Source of the DNA: an uncultured Synergistaceae bacterium
GTDB taxonomy: Bacteria; Synergistota; Synergistia; Synergistales; Aminobacteriaceae
DNA length: 64,000 nt
Reading direction: 5' to 3'
Assembly (NCBI GenBank): GCA_964451935.1
Contig: CAYVKE010000006.1
Span: forward strand, 317-64,316
How positions within the stretch are numbered: the first letter of the stretch is position 1; every line of letters begins with the position of its first letter. This document shows, piece after piece, positions 8,327-22,004 of the stretch. Position numbers and translations under genes: made by a program. The notes beneath the pieces are model-generated. The model had not been told where the DNA came from. It ran no database searches and worked only from the letters and a program-made list of their open reading frames with translations.

Positions 8327-8859
8327 AGAAGATGCTGATGCTTTGCGCGCTGGCGTTCCTGTGTTGCACCGGCGCGGCCCTGGCGGACGAAGTGGGGACG
8401 TTGCTCTCCGAGCGGACGACGACCGTCTGGATCGAAGGGGAGCAGTTGGGGGACATGATAATCGGAGCGCGGGCGTTGATGGAATTCGTTTACGTGGACG
8501 CCGCGTTATCGCGCATCGCGGCCGAAAACGGCCCCGACGTTCCCGAGTGGCTTACCTGGCATGCGAAACATTTCGGCACGAGGGAGACGAGAAAAAAAGC
8601 GCTGTTGATCGTCCGGTTCGAGGCCCGAAAGCGTTGGACGTTTGAGCCGACGCAAATCCGGGTGAACGGCAGGAGTCTAGAGGAAGCGGATATCCTCTCC
8701 AGAAAGGAATTTATCCCGACCGGCGAGCTTCTGGCAGGATCTTCCGGATCCTTCGCGATATGCATTCCCGCCGCAACCCTTGACGACGGGAACGGACGCA
8801 TGAAAGTTCGTTACGGCGAATACGAGGCGAGCCTCACGTTGCCGGGAAAGAAACGATGA
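8323..8859 (+). CDS. hypothetical secreted protein (signal peptide)
   Basis: Signal peptide MKKMLMLCALAFLCCTGAALA|DE. I recognise no family. ATGA overlaps occur at both ends (murJ stop and tsaD start). Confidence 0.6.
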   Translation: MKKMLMLCALAFLCCTGAALADEVGTLLSERTTTVWIEGEQLGDMIIGARALMEFVYVDAALSRIAAENGPDVPEWLTWHAKHFGTRETRKKALLIVRFEARKRWTFEPTQIRVNGRSLEEADILSRKEFIPTGELLAGSSGSFAICIPAATLDDGNGRMKVRYGEYEASLTLPGKKR

Positions 8860-9935
8860 CCCCGTTTCTGACGCTCGGGATCGAAACAAGTTGCGACGAC
8901 ACCGGAGCGGCGCTTCTCGAAGGAAACCGCACGGTCATCTCGGAACGTCTGTCGAGTCAGATAGAAATCCATGCGCCATACGGCGGTGTCGTTCCGGAAT
9001 ATGCGTCACGCCAACATCTCGAGGCGATGATCCCTTTGATCCGGGACGTTCTTGCTGAGGGGGGCGTCGTCGATCCGCGCCGGGAGCTTTCCCTGATCGC
9101 GGTGACGGCCGGGCCGGGACTGATGGGATCGCTCCTGGTCGGCGTCATGGCCGCGAAGGGGCTTTCGTCCGGGTGGGGAACTCCTCTGATCGGCGTCAAT
9201 CACCTCGAAGGACACCTGTTCGCGAATGTCGTGACGTTTCCCGATCTGCAGCCTCCGTTTCTCTGCCTGATCGTTTCCGGCGGACATACGGAAATCGTCC
9301 GGGTTCGCGATTTCGGCGACTACGCCGTTATTGCGCGCACACTGGATGACGCCGTCGGAGAGGCGTACGACAAGGTGGCGAAACTTCTGGACCTCGGATA
9401 TCCCGGAGGTCCGCCTGTCGATCGCCTGGCCGCATCCGGGGATCCCGAACGTTTCCGGTTGCCCGTCCCGTTGAAACATGATCCGGTTCTTGCCTTCAGC
9501 TTCAGCGGGCTCAAGACGGCGGTACTCTGGGCGCTGCAGGAATTTCGGGACAGGGCGGAACCGGCGCCTGCGGCGGATCTGTGCGCTTCATTTCAAAAGG
9601 CTGCGATCGACGCGCTCCTGGCAAAAACGGAACTTGCGGTGCGTGAGACAGGAATTCGAAAAGTATGCATCGCAGGAGGCGTCGCGGCGAATTCGGCGTT
9701 GAGACAGGCGATGCAGCGCAATCGCAACTTCTCCGCATGGTGCCCCCCCGTGAGCCGGTGCACGGATAACGCGGTTATGATAGCGGCGGCCGGATATAAC
9801 GCGTATCAGCGGGGAAAACGTTCAACCCTCGACTTGAGTGCGGATCCGTCCTGGGAACTCCCATTCGAAGAAATGAAGATACGGCAGAAAAAGACAGAAA
9901 ATCGAAGAAAAGGACCGATAATCGACTCTATTTGA
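8856..9935 (+). CDS. tsaD: tRNA N6-adenosine threonylcarbamoyltransferase
   Basis: LGIETSCDDTGAALL, HLEGHL and SGGHTEI are Kae1/Gcp family motifs. Confidence 0.93.
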   Translation: MTPFLTLGIETSCDDTGAALLEGNRTVISERLSSQIEIHAPYGGVVPEYASRQHLEAMIPLIRDVLAEGGVVDPRRELSLIAVTAGPGLMGSLLVGVMAAKGLSSGWGTPLIGVNHLEGHLFANVVTFPDLQPPFLCLIVSGGHTEIVRVRDFGDYAVIARTLDDAVGEAYDKVAKLLDLGYPGGPPVDRLAASGDPERFRLPVPLKHDPVLAFSFSGLKTAVLWALQEFRDRAEPAPAADLCASFQKAAIDALLAKTELAVRETGIRKVCIAGGVAANSALRQAMQRNRNFSAWCPPVSRCTDNAVMIAAAGYNAYQRGKRSTLDLSADPSWELPFEEMKIRQKKTENRRKGPIIDSI

Positions 9936-9947
9936 CTCTGACATGCC

Positions 9948-9976
9948 TTGAAGAAGCACACCGTGGACTGTAGTAT
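9948..9976 (+). promoter_or_regulatory. candidate groESL promoter
   Basis: TTGAAG, a 17-nt spacer, then TAGTAT. It ends 13 nt upstream of CIRCE. Confidence 0.55.
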
Positions 9977-9989
9977 CTATCCCGTTCAG

Positions 9990-10016
9990 TTAGCACTCCT
10001 TTATGGAGAGTGCTAA
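9990..10016 (+). promoter_or_regulatory. CIRCE operator (HrcA binding site)
   Basis: A perfect match to the consensus TTAGCACTC-N9-GAGTGCTAA, located between the promoter and groES. Confidence 0.9.
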
Positions 10017-10052
10017 TACATACAAAAACTCGTTGTGCAGGAGGGGTCGTAT

Positions 10053-12015
<1,963 letters not shown>

Positions 12016-12032
12016 AACCGGACACGTAAAAA

Positions 12033-12061
12033 GCCCCCGCGTTTTCGCGGGGGCTTTTTTT
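12033..12061 (+). terminator. intrinsic terminator after groEL
   Basis: A GCCCCCGCG-tttt-CGCGGGGGC hairpin followed by T7. Confidence 0.85.
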
Positions 12062-12124
12062 GTTCTTCCCGTTTTCTGCTATGATACGTCAAGGCTGTGA
12101 TCTGACAAAAACGGAGGAGATTCC

Positions 12125-13657
12125 GTGGAAAACATAGTAATTCTCGACTGTGGTTCGCAGTTTACCCAGCTGATAGCGCGACGCATTCGCGAACTTGGCG
12201 TTCACAGCGAAATTTTGCCGTGGGATGCGGATGCGGCGCGTATCCGGACGAGCCGTCCGGTCGGAGTGGTTATTTCCGGCGGGCCGCAAAGCGTAACGGA
12301 TCCGGACGCTCCGGACATAGATAACAGCGTTTTTTCGCTCGGCGTCCCCGTTCTTGGGATCTGTTACGGGATGCAGCTCATAACGCGCCGATTCGGCGGT
12401 TTCGTCGAATCGGGAGCGTCGCGCGAGTACGGACGCATGCGAATCGGGATGACCCGTACGCCGTCGCCTCTCACGGAAGGGCTTCCGGATTCCTTCGAAG
12501 TTTGGATGAGTCACGGGGATCACATCGGACGACTCCCTGATGCATTCGATCTGCTTGCCGAAACGGAGCGCCGCGTCCCCGCCGTGATGATGGATGAACG
12601 GAGACGCCTCTACGGCCTTCAGTTTCATCCCGAGGTCGCCCACACGCAACATGGAACCGAGATCCTTTCGAACTTTCTTTTCCGTATTTGCGGATGCAAA
12701 GGCGACTGGGACCTCGGCGACTGGATCGAGGGAATGATACGCGAAATTTCTTCGACGGTCGGAGACGGACGTGTCCTCTGCGCTCTTTCGGGGGGAGTCG
12801 ATTCGACCGTTGCTGCTGTATTGACGTCGAAGGCCGTCGGCGACCGTCTGGAATGCGTCTTCGTCGACAACGGACTCCTGCGTCTGAGAGAAGCCGAGTC
12901 CGTTCTTGAAGGCTATGGCCGGCTCGATCTGAAGGTTCGCTTTTCCGACGCTTCCGATCGTTTCCTCTCCGCCCTTGAGGGGGTCGCCGATCCGGAACGG
13001 AAGAGGAAGATCATCGGAGAGACATTTATCCGCGTCTTCGAGGAGGAAGCCGCATCTGTCGAGGGAGCCGGATGGCTGCTCCAGGGAACGTTGTATCCCG
13101 ACATCATCGAAAGCGGGCATAAGGGGAAGAGCGCGTCCGTCATAAAAAGTCACCATAATGTCGGCGGTCTGCCGGAAAAAATGAACTTCAGAGTATTGGA
13201 GCCGCTGCGCGATCTCTTCAAGGATGAAGTCCGGAAGATAGGCGCGCTTCTGGGTGTTCCGGAAGCCATCCTGACGAGAAAACCCTTCCCGGGTCCGGGG
13301 CTTGCCGTGAGGTGTCTCGGCGAGATCACGCGGGAACGACTCGATGTCTTGAAAAAAGCCGACGCCATCTGTACGGAGGAGTTGTCGCACTGGGAAGGAT
13401 ATGCGTCCGTCTGGCAGGCGTTTTGCGTGCTTCTTCCGGTTCGAACGGTCGGCGTCATGGGGGACTCCAGAACGTATTCCGAGGCGGCGGTTTTGCGCGC
13501 GGTCGAATCCGCAGACGGAATGACCGCGGACTGGGTCCGTATCCCATACGATTACCTCGACCGCATTGCGCGGCGAATTTGCAACGAGGTTCCCGGGATC
13601 AACAGGGTCGCACTCGACATCACGAGCAAACCGCCCGCAACGATCGAATGGGAGTGA
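12125..13657 (+). CDS. guaA: GMP synthase (glutamine-hydrolysing)
   Basis: A GATase domain (GICYGMQL), an ATP-PPase SGGVDS loop and a C-terminal PPATIEWE. GTG start with SD GGAGGAG. Confidence 0.95.
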   Translation: MENIVILDCGSQFTQLIARRIRELGVHSEILPWDADAARIRTSRPVGVVISGGPQSVTDPDAPDIDNSVFSLGVPVLGICYGMQLITRRFGGFVESGASREYGRMRIGMTRTPSPLTEGLPDSFEVWMSHGDHIGRLPDAFDLLAETERRVPAVMMDERRRLYGLQFHPEVAHTQHGTEILSNFLFRICGCKGDWDLGDWIEGMIREISSTVGDGRVLCALSGGVDSTVAAVLTSKAVGDRLECVFVDNGLLRLREAESVLEGYGRLDLKVRFSDASDRFLSALEGVADPERKRKIIGETFIRVFEEEAASVEGAGWLLQGTLYPDIIESGHKGKSASVIKSHHNVGGLPEKMNFRVLEPLRDLFKDEVRKIGALLGVPEAILTRKPFPGPGLAVRCLGEITRERLDVLKKADAICTEELSHWEGYASVWQAFCVLLPVRTVGVMGDSRTYSEAAVLRAVESADGMTADWVRIPYDYLDRIARRICNEVPGINRVALDITSKPPATIEWE

Positions 13658-13719
13658 GGCTCCTGCGCGAAAGCGGCTGAACGAGCGAAACCGGACATGA
13701 AGGGAAAGGGGATGACCGT

Positions 13720-14856
13720 TTGCACAGCGAAAGCGTGAAAGATGACAGGAAAGTCCGTGCATGGTTCCTTCCGTTTTTTCTGACGTTTCTTCTTCTTGGG
13801 GCGCTCTGTTATTCCGTAACCCGGAATCTCTTGCAGCCGCTTGCCTGGTCTGCGCTTCTGTCTTTTTTTGTTCTTCCTCTATACCGTTTTTTGCATCTTC
13901 GGCTTTTGCGGGGGCGGTATCCGAGAGTCGCCGCGACCATAACGAGCGCCCTTGCTTTCTCGCTGATTCTCATACCGGCCGTTATCGTCGGCGTGGTCGT
14001 TGCGCGTGAGGGGATCCGCTTTTACGGCAGAATCGCCGATATCCTGGGTTCCATGACCCCCGGAACGACTTCGTATATATCCGTGTTCGTTCCCGATGTC
14101 ATCCTTGCGAAGGTTCAGCCTATTCTCGACCAGTATCCGTATATCAAGAATACGGTCGAACAGGTGGGAACCTGGGTGACGTCCACCATAGCGGAGACAT
14201 CGAAGTCCTTTCTCGGGAATGCCTTCAGCATCGTGTACAATCTCGTCGTGATTATGGTCGCCTCGTTCTTCATGATACGCGACGGGCATCTGATCGTGGA
14301 CTATCTCATGGATATTCTGCCCCTTCCAGTCAGGGAACGCGAAGCATTTCTCTTCCGCACCAAGCAGATATTGCAGGGAGTGGTTTTCGGCGTCATCCTG
14401 ACGGCGTGCATTCAGGGAACCCTGGGAGGGATGGGGTGGTGGTATGTCGGTCTACCGTCTCCGGTCCTGTTCGGCGCAATGATGGCTTTCCTCGCCCTGA
14501 TCCCGCTTGTGGGAACTCCGGCCGTGTGGTTTCCGGGGTCTCTGTATCTTTTGTACTCGGGGAACATGAAGGGATGCATTATCCTTCTGTTGTGGGGAGT
14601 CTGCGTCGTCAGCATGGTGGATAACTTCATCCGTCCGATATTCATTTCGGAGGGCGGAGATGTTCACGTCCTCATTGTTTTCATAGGCGCACTCGGTGGA
14701 TTGGGAGCATGGGGGTTCCTCGGCATTTTTCTCGGACCTCTCAGCATTAGTCTTTTCGTCTTCATTCTGGACAGTTACAGGAGAATGTGGAAGACGCACG
14801 TCGGTGAAAGAACGCCTGAAAGGGAAGGTGGTCATCCGAAGGAAAAACCATCGTGA
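13720..14856 (+). CDS. AI-2E family (PerM/YhhT-like) transporter
   Basis: A polytopic protein carrying the family-typical segment GVILTACIQGTLGGMGWWYVGLPSPVLFGAMMAFLALIPLVG. Confidence 0.8.
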   Translation: MHSESVKDDRKVRAWFLPFFLTFLLLGALCYSVTRNLLQPLAWSALLSFFVLPLYRFLHLRLLRGRYPRVAATITSALAFSLILIPAVIVGVVVAREGIRFYGRIADILGSMTPGTTSYISVFVPDVILAKVQPILDQYPYIKNTVEQVGTWVTSTIAETSKSFLGNAFSIVYNLVVIMVASFFMIRDGHLIVDYLMDILPLPVREREAFLFRTKQILQGVVFGVILTACIQGTLGGMGWWYVGLPSPVLFGAMMAFLALIPLVGTPAVWFPGSLYLLYSGNMKGCIILLLWGVCVVSMVDNFIRPIFISEGGDVHVLIVFIGALGGLGAWGFLGIFLGPLSISLFVFILDSYRRMWKTHVGERTPEREGGHPKEKPS

Positions 14857-14884
14857 TCCGCATGGGGTAAGTTGTGCGGGCGGC

Positions 14885-14913
14885 TTGTTTTGGCGGCGCA
14901 GTATTACTATAAT
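14885..14913 (+). promoter_or_regulatory. candidate hppA promoter
   Basis: TTGTTT, a 17-nt spacer, then TATAAT in the 137-nt spacer. Confidence 0.5.
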
Positions 14914-14993
14914 TGAACGCGTTGTGTATTCATCCGGCCCGCCTCAAAAGCGGGCAAAATTATTGTAATTTTTTCATCGGGGAGGTTTCATTG

Positions 14994-16997
14994 ATGAGTG
15001 TGTTCGTTATCCTGCTTTCGGCTATTACCGGCATTCTGGCGCTGGCGTATGGCTTCAAGACGTACCAGAAGATTATGCGGTTCCATGTCGAAAATGATCG
15101 GATCGTCGAGCTTTCGGAGATTATTCATCGGGGTGCAATGGCGTTTTTGTATCGCGAGTATAAGTGGCTTTTTCCCTTTGTGATCGTCGTCGCGGGCCTG
15201 CTTGGTTGGCAGGTGGGCGTCTCCTCCGCCGTGTGCTTTGTTTTGGGCGGGTTGTGCAGCGCCGCTTCCGGGTTCTTCGGAATGATCGTCGCCACGAGGG
15301 CGAACGGGCGTACATCCTTCGCCGCTACGCTGGGCGTGAATGAGGCTCTCGGCGTCGCTTTCGGCGGGGGAAGCGTCATGGGAATGTCCGTGGTCGGCAT
15401 CGGCGTTCTTGGAATCGCCGTGTGCTACGTTCTGTTCGGCGATGCGAATATCATCACGAGCTTCGGCATGGGAGCCAGCTCCATCGCCCTTTTTGCGCGC
15501 GTCGGCGGCGGCATCTATACGAAAGCGGCGGATGTCGGCGCAGATCTCGTCGGGAAGGTCGAAGCAGGCATTCCCGAGGACGATCCGAGGAATCCCGCCG
15601 TTATCGCGGATAACGTTGGCGACAATGTCGGCGACATCGCGGGGATGGGAGCGGACCTTTTTGAATCCTACGTCAACTCGATAATCGCCGCCATGGCCGT
15701 GGGCATTTCCGTGTACGGCGGACGCGGCGTCATGTATCCGCTTCTCATCTCTGCGGTTGGAATTGTCGCCGCTTTGCTTGGAACGATGTTTGTGAAGGTT
15801 GATGGATCCGGCAACAAATATCTGCAGCCGTACATCGAGAAGATGAACAGGGGAAACCCTGCCGCGGCGCTTCGAAACGGGACCTTTGTGACGGGCGGGA
15901 TTCTGATCGCGGTTTCGCTTGTTGTGACAAAGGCCATGCTCGGGGATCTCAACATCTTCTGGGCGGTTGTTTCCGGCGTCGTCGCCGGCGTGCTTATCGG
16001 CTTCGTGACCGAAATATACACTTCCGGCGATTATTCCTCCGTCAAGCACATCGCCCAGGCGTCCGAAACAGGCCCCGCGACCGTTATTCTTTCCGGAATC
16101 GCGGTCGGCATGAAGTCGACCGTCATCCCGGTCTTTCTGGTCTGCGCATCCATCCTTATCAGCTTCAAGTTCGGCGGACTGTACGGCATCGCCTGCGCCG
16201 CAGTCGGGATGCTTTCGATCACCGGCATGGCGCTGAGCGTCGACGCGTACGGACCTATCGCCGATAACGCCGGCGGCATTTCGGAAATGAGCCACCTTCC
16301 GCCGGAAGTCCGGAAGATCACCGACAAGCTCGATTCCATCGGCAATACGACGGCTGCGATGGGAAAGGGACTCGCCATCGGATCCGCAGCGCTGACGGCG
16401 CTGGCGCTTTTTGTCGCGTATGCGCACTCCGTCAAACTGTCGACGATTGACCTTCAGGATCCGAAAGTCATGGCAGGTCTCTTTATCGGCGGCATGCTGC
16501 CTTTCCTCTTCAGCGCCCTGTCCATTGAAGCCGTCGGTCAGGCGGCGCAGGCCATGATCGACGAGGTCCGGCGGCAGTTCAAGGAGATTCCCGGAATTAT
16601 GGAAGGAACCGCACGCCCGGAATACGAGAAGTGCGTCGATATTTCGACCGCCGCAGCGTTGAAAAAGATGGTTATCCCCGGTCTCCTTGCGGTCGTCTCT
16701 CCGGTGCTGACGGGATATATCCTCGGCGCACAGGCGCTGGGCGGACTTCTCGGCGGCTCCATCGTCACCGGCGTCATGCTTGCGATTTTCATGGCGAACT
16801 CGGGCGGCGCCTGGGATAACGCGAAAAAGTACATCGAAGAAGGGCATCACGGCGGGAAGAAGACGCCGCAACACGCCGCGGCCGTCGTCGGCGACACTGT
16901 GGGCGATCCTTTCAAGGACACGGCGGGCCCGAGCCTCAATATCCTCATCAAGCTCATGTCCGTTATCGCGCTTGTCCTGGCGCCGCTCTTCATATAA
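14994..16997 (+). CDS. hppA: membrane-bound proton/sodium-translocating pyrophosphatase, K+-dependent subtype
   Basis: [20 protein letters not shown] and [18 protein letters not shown]. The Ala in GNTTAA, rather than Lys, marks the K+-dependent subfamily by established knowledge. GGGGAGG lies before ATG 14994. The track start 14913 lies within the promoter. Confidence 0.95.
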   Translation: MSVFVILLSAITGILALAYGFKTYQKIMRFHVENDRIVELSEIIHRGAMAFLYREYKWLFPFVIVVAGLLGWQVGVSSAVCFVLGGLCSAASGFFGMIVATRANGRTSFAATLGVNEALGVAFGGGSVMGMSVVGIGVLGIAVCYVLFGDANIITSFGMGASSIALFARVGGGIYTKAADVGADLVGKVEAGIPEDDPRNPAVIADNVGDNVGDIAGMGADLFESYVNSIIAAMAVGISVYGGRGVMYPLLISAVGIVAALLGTMFVKVDGSGNKYLQPYIEKMNRGNPAAALRNGTFVTGGILIAVSLVVTKAMLGDLNIFWAVVSGVVAGVLIGFVTEIYTSGDYSSVKHIAQASETGPATVILSGIAVGMKSTVIPVFLVCASILISFKFGGLYGIACAAVGMLSITGMALSVDAYGPIADNAGGISEMSHLPPEVRKITDKLDSIGNTTAAMGKGLAIGSAALTALALFVAYAHSVKLSTIDLQDPKVMAGLFIGGMLPFLFSALSIEAVGQAAQAMIDEVRRQFKEIPGIMEGTARPEYEKCVDISTAAALKKMVIPGLLAVVSPVLTGYILGAQALGGLLGGSIVTGVMLAIFMANSGGAWDNAKKYIEEGHHGGKKTPQHAAAVVGDTVGDPFKDTAGPSLNILIKLMSVIALVLAPLFI

Positions 16998-17032
16998 CCG
17001 AAGGTCGATTGCTGTCCCGTAGGACATAGGGC

Positions 17033-17071
17033 GGGGGGAGGGACGACGGTCCTTCCCCCCGTATTTTCTTT
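17033..17071 (+). terminator. intrinsic terminator after hppA
   Basis: A GGGGGGAGGGAC-gacg-GTCCTTCCCCCC hairpin (one G:U pair) followed by gTATTTTCTTT. Confidence 0.8.
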
Positions 17072-17088
17072 GAGAAGGGGGGGGCTTT

Positions 17089-18813
17089 GTGTCGGATTCG
17101 GTTCGACTCATCAAGGAAAGGCTGGATATCGTCGAACTCATCGGAGAATATGTCAGGCTCAGGAAGGCGGGGAAGAATTATCAGGGATTGTGCCCCTTTC
17201 ATTCGGAAAAGACCCCTTCCTTCTCTGTCTCCCAGGAACGGCAGACGTACCACTGTTTCGGGTGCAACAGGGGAGGGGACATCTTCAGCTTCCTTATGGA
17301 AATTGAAGGGGTGGACTTTTCCGAGGCGCTGGAAAATCTCGCGGGAAGAGCCGGAGTGGAACTCCCCAAACATGAACGCTTTCAGACGAGATCTCTTTCG
17401 GACGTTATGGAAATGGCGTCGCAATGGTTTCGTGATCGTCTCCGGGAGAACGACGGAGATGTCGCGCGCGCGTATCTGAAGCGGCGGAACCTTTGCGCTC
17501 CGGAAATCATCGAGCGTTTTTCAATCGGATGGGCCCCCTCCGCATGGGACGGACTCTGGACCTTTCTTCGAAAGAAAGGCGTAGCCGAAAAGGACGCGAC
17601 CGACTGCGGCCTCGTCATGCAGGGCAAGCACGGAGTTTACGATCGTTTCAGGGGACGCGTCATCTTTCCGATCCGGGACGGATCCGGCAGGCTCGTTGCA
17701 TTCGGCGGCCGAATCATCGACGGAGAGGGCGCCAAGTACATCAATAGTCCGGAGGGGATCCTGTACAGCAAGAGGAGAACCCTGTATCTTCTGGATAAGG
17801 CGAAGCAATCTATCCGCGAGAAGAAGCGCGTGATCCTGGTCGAGGGGTATATGGACGCTCTTCGCCTTCAGATCAACGAATACACGGAAACGGTCGCCTC
17901 CCTTGGCACCGCATTGACAGAGGAGCAGGCGCAACAACTGAACCGCCTCTCGGACCGCTGTTGCATCTGCTATGACGCCGATGCCGCAGGGCAGGAGGCG
18001 ACGATCCGGAGCATGTACATCCTCCAGAAGACGGGGCTTTCCGTTTCGGTCGTCCAGATCCCGGTCGGCAAAGATCCGGACGAGCTTCTGCAAAGCGTCG
18101 ACGGCCCCGCTCTGTTTGAAGAAGCATTGCGGAAGGCGCTTCCTCTCGTGTCGTATCACATAGCGGCGCGGCGCGCCATGCTTGATGCTCCGGAAACAAG
18201 AAAGAAAGCGACCGAGGATATCGTTGAAGGACTGCGCAACCTCGGGCCTGTCGACGCGGAGCCGTTTCTTTCGAAGGCTTCCGAGGCGCTTGGCCTGTTC
18301 CCGCACGTTCTCCGGGAGATCCTCTATGAAGGCGGTTCAAAAAAAGTCGAAAACACGGCCTCTCGCGGCGCACAGGCGCAGAAGAACGCCGTCCAAGATT
18401 TCGCAGACTGCCCCGCCATGGAAGCGGCGCTCTGTTTCATGCTCTGGCGCGATATAAAAAGACGCAGGGAAAGCGACCCTCACGCCCTGCTTGGGCTATT
18501 TTCAGACGATACCGTCCGGGCGGTCGCCGAAGCGATTCTCTCGGGGGCTTCCGTTCAGGATCTTGAGTCCCAGTGGCTGTCCATGGGGGAAACGACGCCT
18601 TTGCACATCCTTGCGCTGGGCGGTGAAACGGCCGATACTTTCGGCGGATTGAACGGCTGGGACGCGCTTGTCTCCGAACTCGGGCGAAAACGCGACAAGC
18701 GGGAGTATGAAACCTTGAAGAAGGTCATGCAACATGGCGCAGCCACTCCGGCGGATATCGCGCGGTTTCGGGAACTGGCCGTCGCCCTCAAGGGAATGGG
18801 AAGGAGCAATTGA
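17089..18813 (+). CDS. dnaG: DNA primase
   Basis: Zinc ribbon [30 protein letters not shown] and a TOPRIM domain ([11 protein letters not shown] ... [11 protein letters not shown]). GTG start. Confidence 0.92.
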   Translation: MSDSVRLIKERLDIVELIGEYVRLRKAGKNYQGLCPFHSEKTPSFSVSQERQTYHCFGCNRGGDIFSFLMEIEGVDFSEALENLAGRAGVELPKHERFQTRSLSDVMEMASQWFRDRLRENDGDVARAYLKRRNLCAPEIIERFSIGWAPSAWDGLWTFLRKKGVAEKDATDCGLVMQGKHGVYDRFRGRVIFPIRDGSGRLVAFGGRIIDGEGAKYINSPEGILYSKRRTLYLLDKAKQSIREKKRVILVEGYMDALRLQINEYTETVASLGTALTEEQAQQLNRLSDRCCICYDADAAGQEATIRSMYILQKTGLSVSVVQIPVGKDPDELLQSVDGPALFEEALRKALPLVSYHIAARRAMLDAPETRKKATEDIVEGLRNLGPVDAEPFLSKASEALGLFPHVLREILYEGGSKKVENTASRGAQAQKNAVQDFADCPAMEAALCFMLWRDIKRRRESDPHALLGLFSDDTVRAVAEAILSGASVQDLESQWLSMGETTPLHILALGGETADTFGGLNGWDALVSELGRKRDKREYETLKKVMQHGAATPADIARFRELAVALKGMGRSN

Positions 18814-18864
18814 AATGAGAAGCGTTGATTTGTTATACTCTGTCGGGTTTGTGTACGCCGGAAC

Positions 18865-19143
18865 ATGATTCGCGTCGATCTCTTTCTGAAACTTTCAAGG
18901 CTTGTAAAACGACGAACCATCGCGCAGGAGATGGCGGATATCGGGGCCGTGCGCGTCAATGATCGCGTTGCAAAGCCCTCGACTCCGGTTCGGAAGGGCG
19001 ATGTCGTCGATATCGCGTATACGGCGCGTGTCGTGCGCATTCGCGTCAATGAGGATGAAGAAGCGCGTCTCAGAAGGCCCGGCCTCGTTCCGTTCGACGT
19101 TCTTGAAGAGCGGAAGGTCGATCCGGCGACGCGCCCTTGGTGA
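18865..19143 (+). CDS. rqcP: S4-domain RNA-binding protein (RqcP/YabO family)
   Basis: MIRVDLFLKLSRLVKRRTIAQEMADIGAVRVNDRVAKPSTPVRKGD parallels B. subtilis YabO as I recall it. The protein is about 90 aa. Confidence 0.7.
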   Translation: MIRVDLFLKLSRLVKRRTIAQEMADIGAVRVNDRVAKPSTPVRKGDVVDIAYTARVVRIRVNEDEEARLRRPGLVPFDVLEERKVDPATRPW

Positions 19144-20466
<1,323 letters not shown>

Positions 20467-20496
20467 CCCCGTACATATCCCGAGGAGGTGTGTTCC

Positions 20497-20877
20497 TTGA
20501 AACATATCATTGCGACAAAGAAAGCTCCTGCGGCTGTCGGTCCGTACAACCAGGCGATCGTCGCCGGCGACTTCGTTTTTTGTTCCGGTCAGATCCCCAT
20601 TGATCCCGAGACAGGGGCGATGGTCAACGGCGGTTTCGCCGAGCAAACGGAACAGGTTTTGAAAAACGTCAGCGCCGTTTTATCCGCGGAGAACCTTACG
20701 CTCCTGAACGTTGTCAAGGCGACGGTATTCGCTACGGATATGGCTGCATTCCCGGTCGTCAACGAAGTGTACGCCCGCTTTTTCGATAAGGAGCCGCCGG
20801 CGCGTTCGTTTGTCCAGGTAGCAGCGTTGCCGAAGGGCGCGCTCGTGGAGATCGAGGTCATTGCATACAAGGGATAA
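20497..20877 (+). CDS. ridA: RidA/YjgF-family reactive-intermediate deaminase
   Basis: APAAVGPYNQAIVAGDFVFCSGQIPIDPETG ... VEIEVIA. I chose TTG 20497 because it lies 9 nt after GAGGAGG. The track start GTG 20488 overlaps that SD. Confidence 0.85.
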   Translation: MKHIIATKKAPAAVGPYNQAIVAGDFVFCSGQIPIDPETGAMVNGGFAEQTEQVLKNVSAVLSAENLTLLNVVKATVFATDMAAFPVVNEVYARFFDKEPPARSFVQVAALPKGALVEIEVIAYKG

Positions 20878-20914
20878 CGAGGGCGGACGCATACTGGGAC
20901 GGAGGGCGGAAAGC

Positions 20915-21541
20915 ATGAGGATTGCGGAGCCGACGGTGGAACGGTTGGTCCAGTACCATCGTCTGCTGGAACAACTTTCCTCCGAGGGGAGAAAGGTTGT
21001 TTCGTCGCAAGAGATCGGTCAGATGTTGTCTCTCAAGGCAAGTCAGGTGCGGAAGGATCTGTCCTATTTCGGCGAAATCGGGAAACGCGGTGTTGGGTAT
21101 CACGTTGATCGGCTTTTCGAACATATCAGCGGTATTCTGGCGTCACCGAAAAAATGGCCGATCGCGCTGGTCGGTGTCGGAAGGCTCGGCGAAGCGTTGC
21201 TGGGACATCGCGCCTTCAGAAGCGAGAAATTTGACATCCAGGTCTTGTTCGACGTCGATCCGGAGAAGGTCGGGACGAACGTCATGGGAATCCCCTGTTA
21301 CCATATGGACACAGCGGCGGAGGTGATACGCCGTCTCGGAATACAGGTGATCATTCTGACTGCGCCGTCTTCCGTCGCGCAGCTTTGTGTCGATACCTTG
21401 ACGTCGGCGGGCGGCGTCAGGGGGATATTGAATTTCTCCCCCGTTTCCATCGTGACGCCGCCCGATGTCCTTGTCTACAGCGTCGATATTTCGGTGGAAC
21501 TGGAAAAACTTCTGTTTTACCTCAAGGACCGCGAAGAATGA
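20915..21541 (+). CDS. rex: redox-sensing transcriptional repressor Rex
   Basis: A winged-helix N-terminus (VSSQEIGQMLSLKASQVRKDLSYFGEIGKRGVGY) and a Rossmann motif (ALVGVGRLG). Confidence 0.85.
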   Translation: MRIAEPTVERLVQYHRLLEQLSSEGRKVVSSQEIGQMLSLKASQVRKDLSYFGEIGKRGVGYHVDRLFEHISGILASPKKWPIALVGVGRLGEALLGHRAFRSEKFDIQVLFDVDPEKVGTNVMGIPCYHMDTAAEVIRRLGIQVIILTAPSSVAQLCVDTLTSAGGVRGILNFSPVSIVTPPDVLVYSVDISVELEKLLFYLKDREE

Positions 21542-21612
21542 CCCTTTTCGCGGAGGGATGGTACAATAAGCGTCGGATTATGCGGCGGGACTTACATTAA
21601 TAGAGGAGGCGT

Positions 21613-21984
21613 GTGTCTTTGAATCAGCAACAATGCGGACAATTGGCGGGAGGTGAGGGCGGAGCGCAGGGCGGCATCCTCGGGATGTTGTTTCCTCTGG
21701 CCCTTTTCGTTCTCATTTTTTATTTCTTCATCATTCGTCCTCAGAAGAAACGGCAAAAGCAGCACGACGAGCTTCTTGCGTCGATGACCCGGGGAGACCA
21801 GGTCGTGACCGCCGGAGGCTTCTTCGGGTATATCCGCGAGGTGAAGGAAGACAGTTTCATCATTGAGATCTCCGACGGGGTGAAAGTCAGAATCCTCAAG
21901 TCCTCCATTTCGAGCAAGCGTCCCGCCGACGTCGCGAAGACTTCGGGCGATGCTCCTGCGAAGGAAGATACATCAGGAAAATAG
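21613..21984 (+). CDS. yajC: preprotein translocase subunit YajC
   Basis: A single TM segment followed by IRPQKKRQKQHDELLASMTRGDQVVTAGGFFG. The start is GTG 21613, or TTG 21619. Confidence 0.85.
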   Translation: MSLNQQQCGQLAGGEGGAQGGILGMLFPLALFVLIFYFFIIRPQKKRQKQHDELLASMTRGDQVVTAGGFFGYIREVKEDSFIIEISDGVKVRILKSSISSKRPADVAKTSGDAPAKEDTSGK

Positions 21985-22004
21985 CAGCCATCTATGTTAC
22001 GGAG

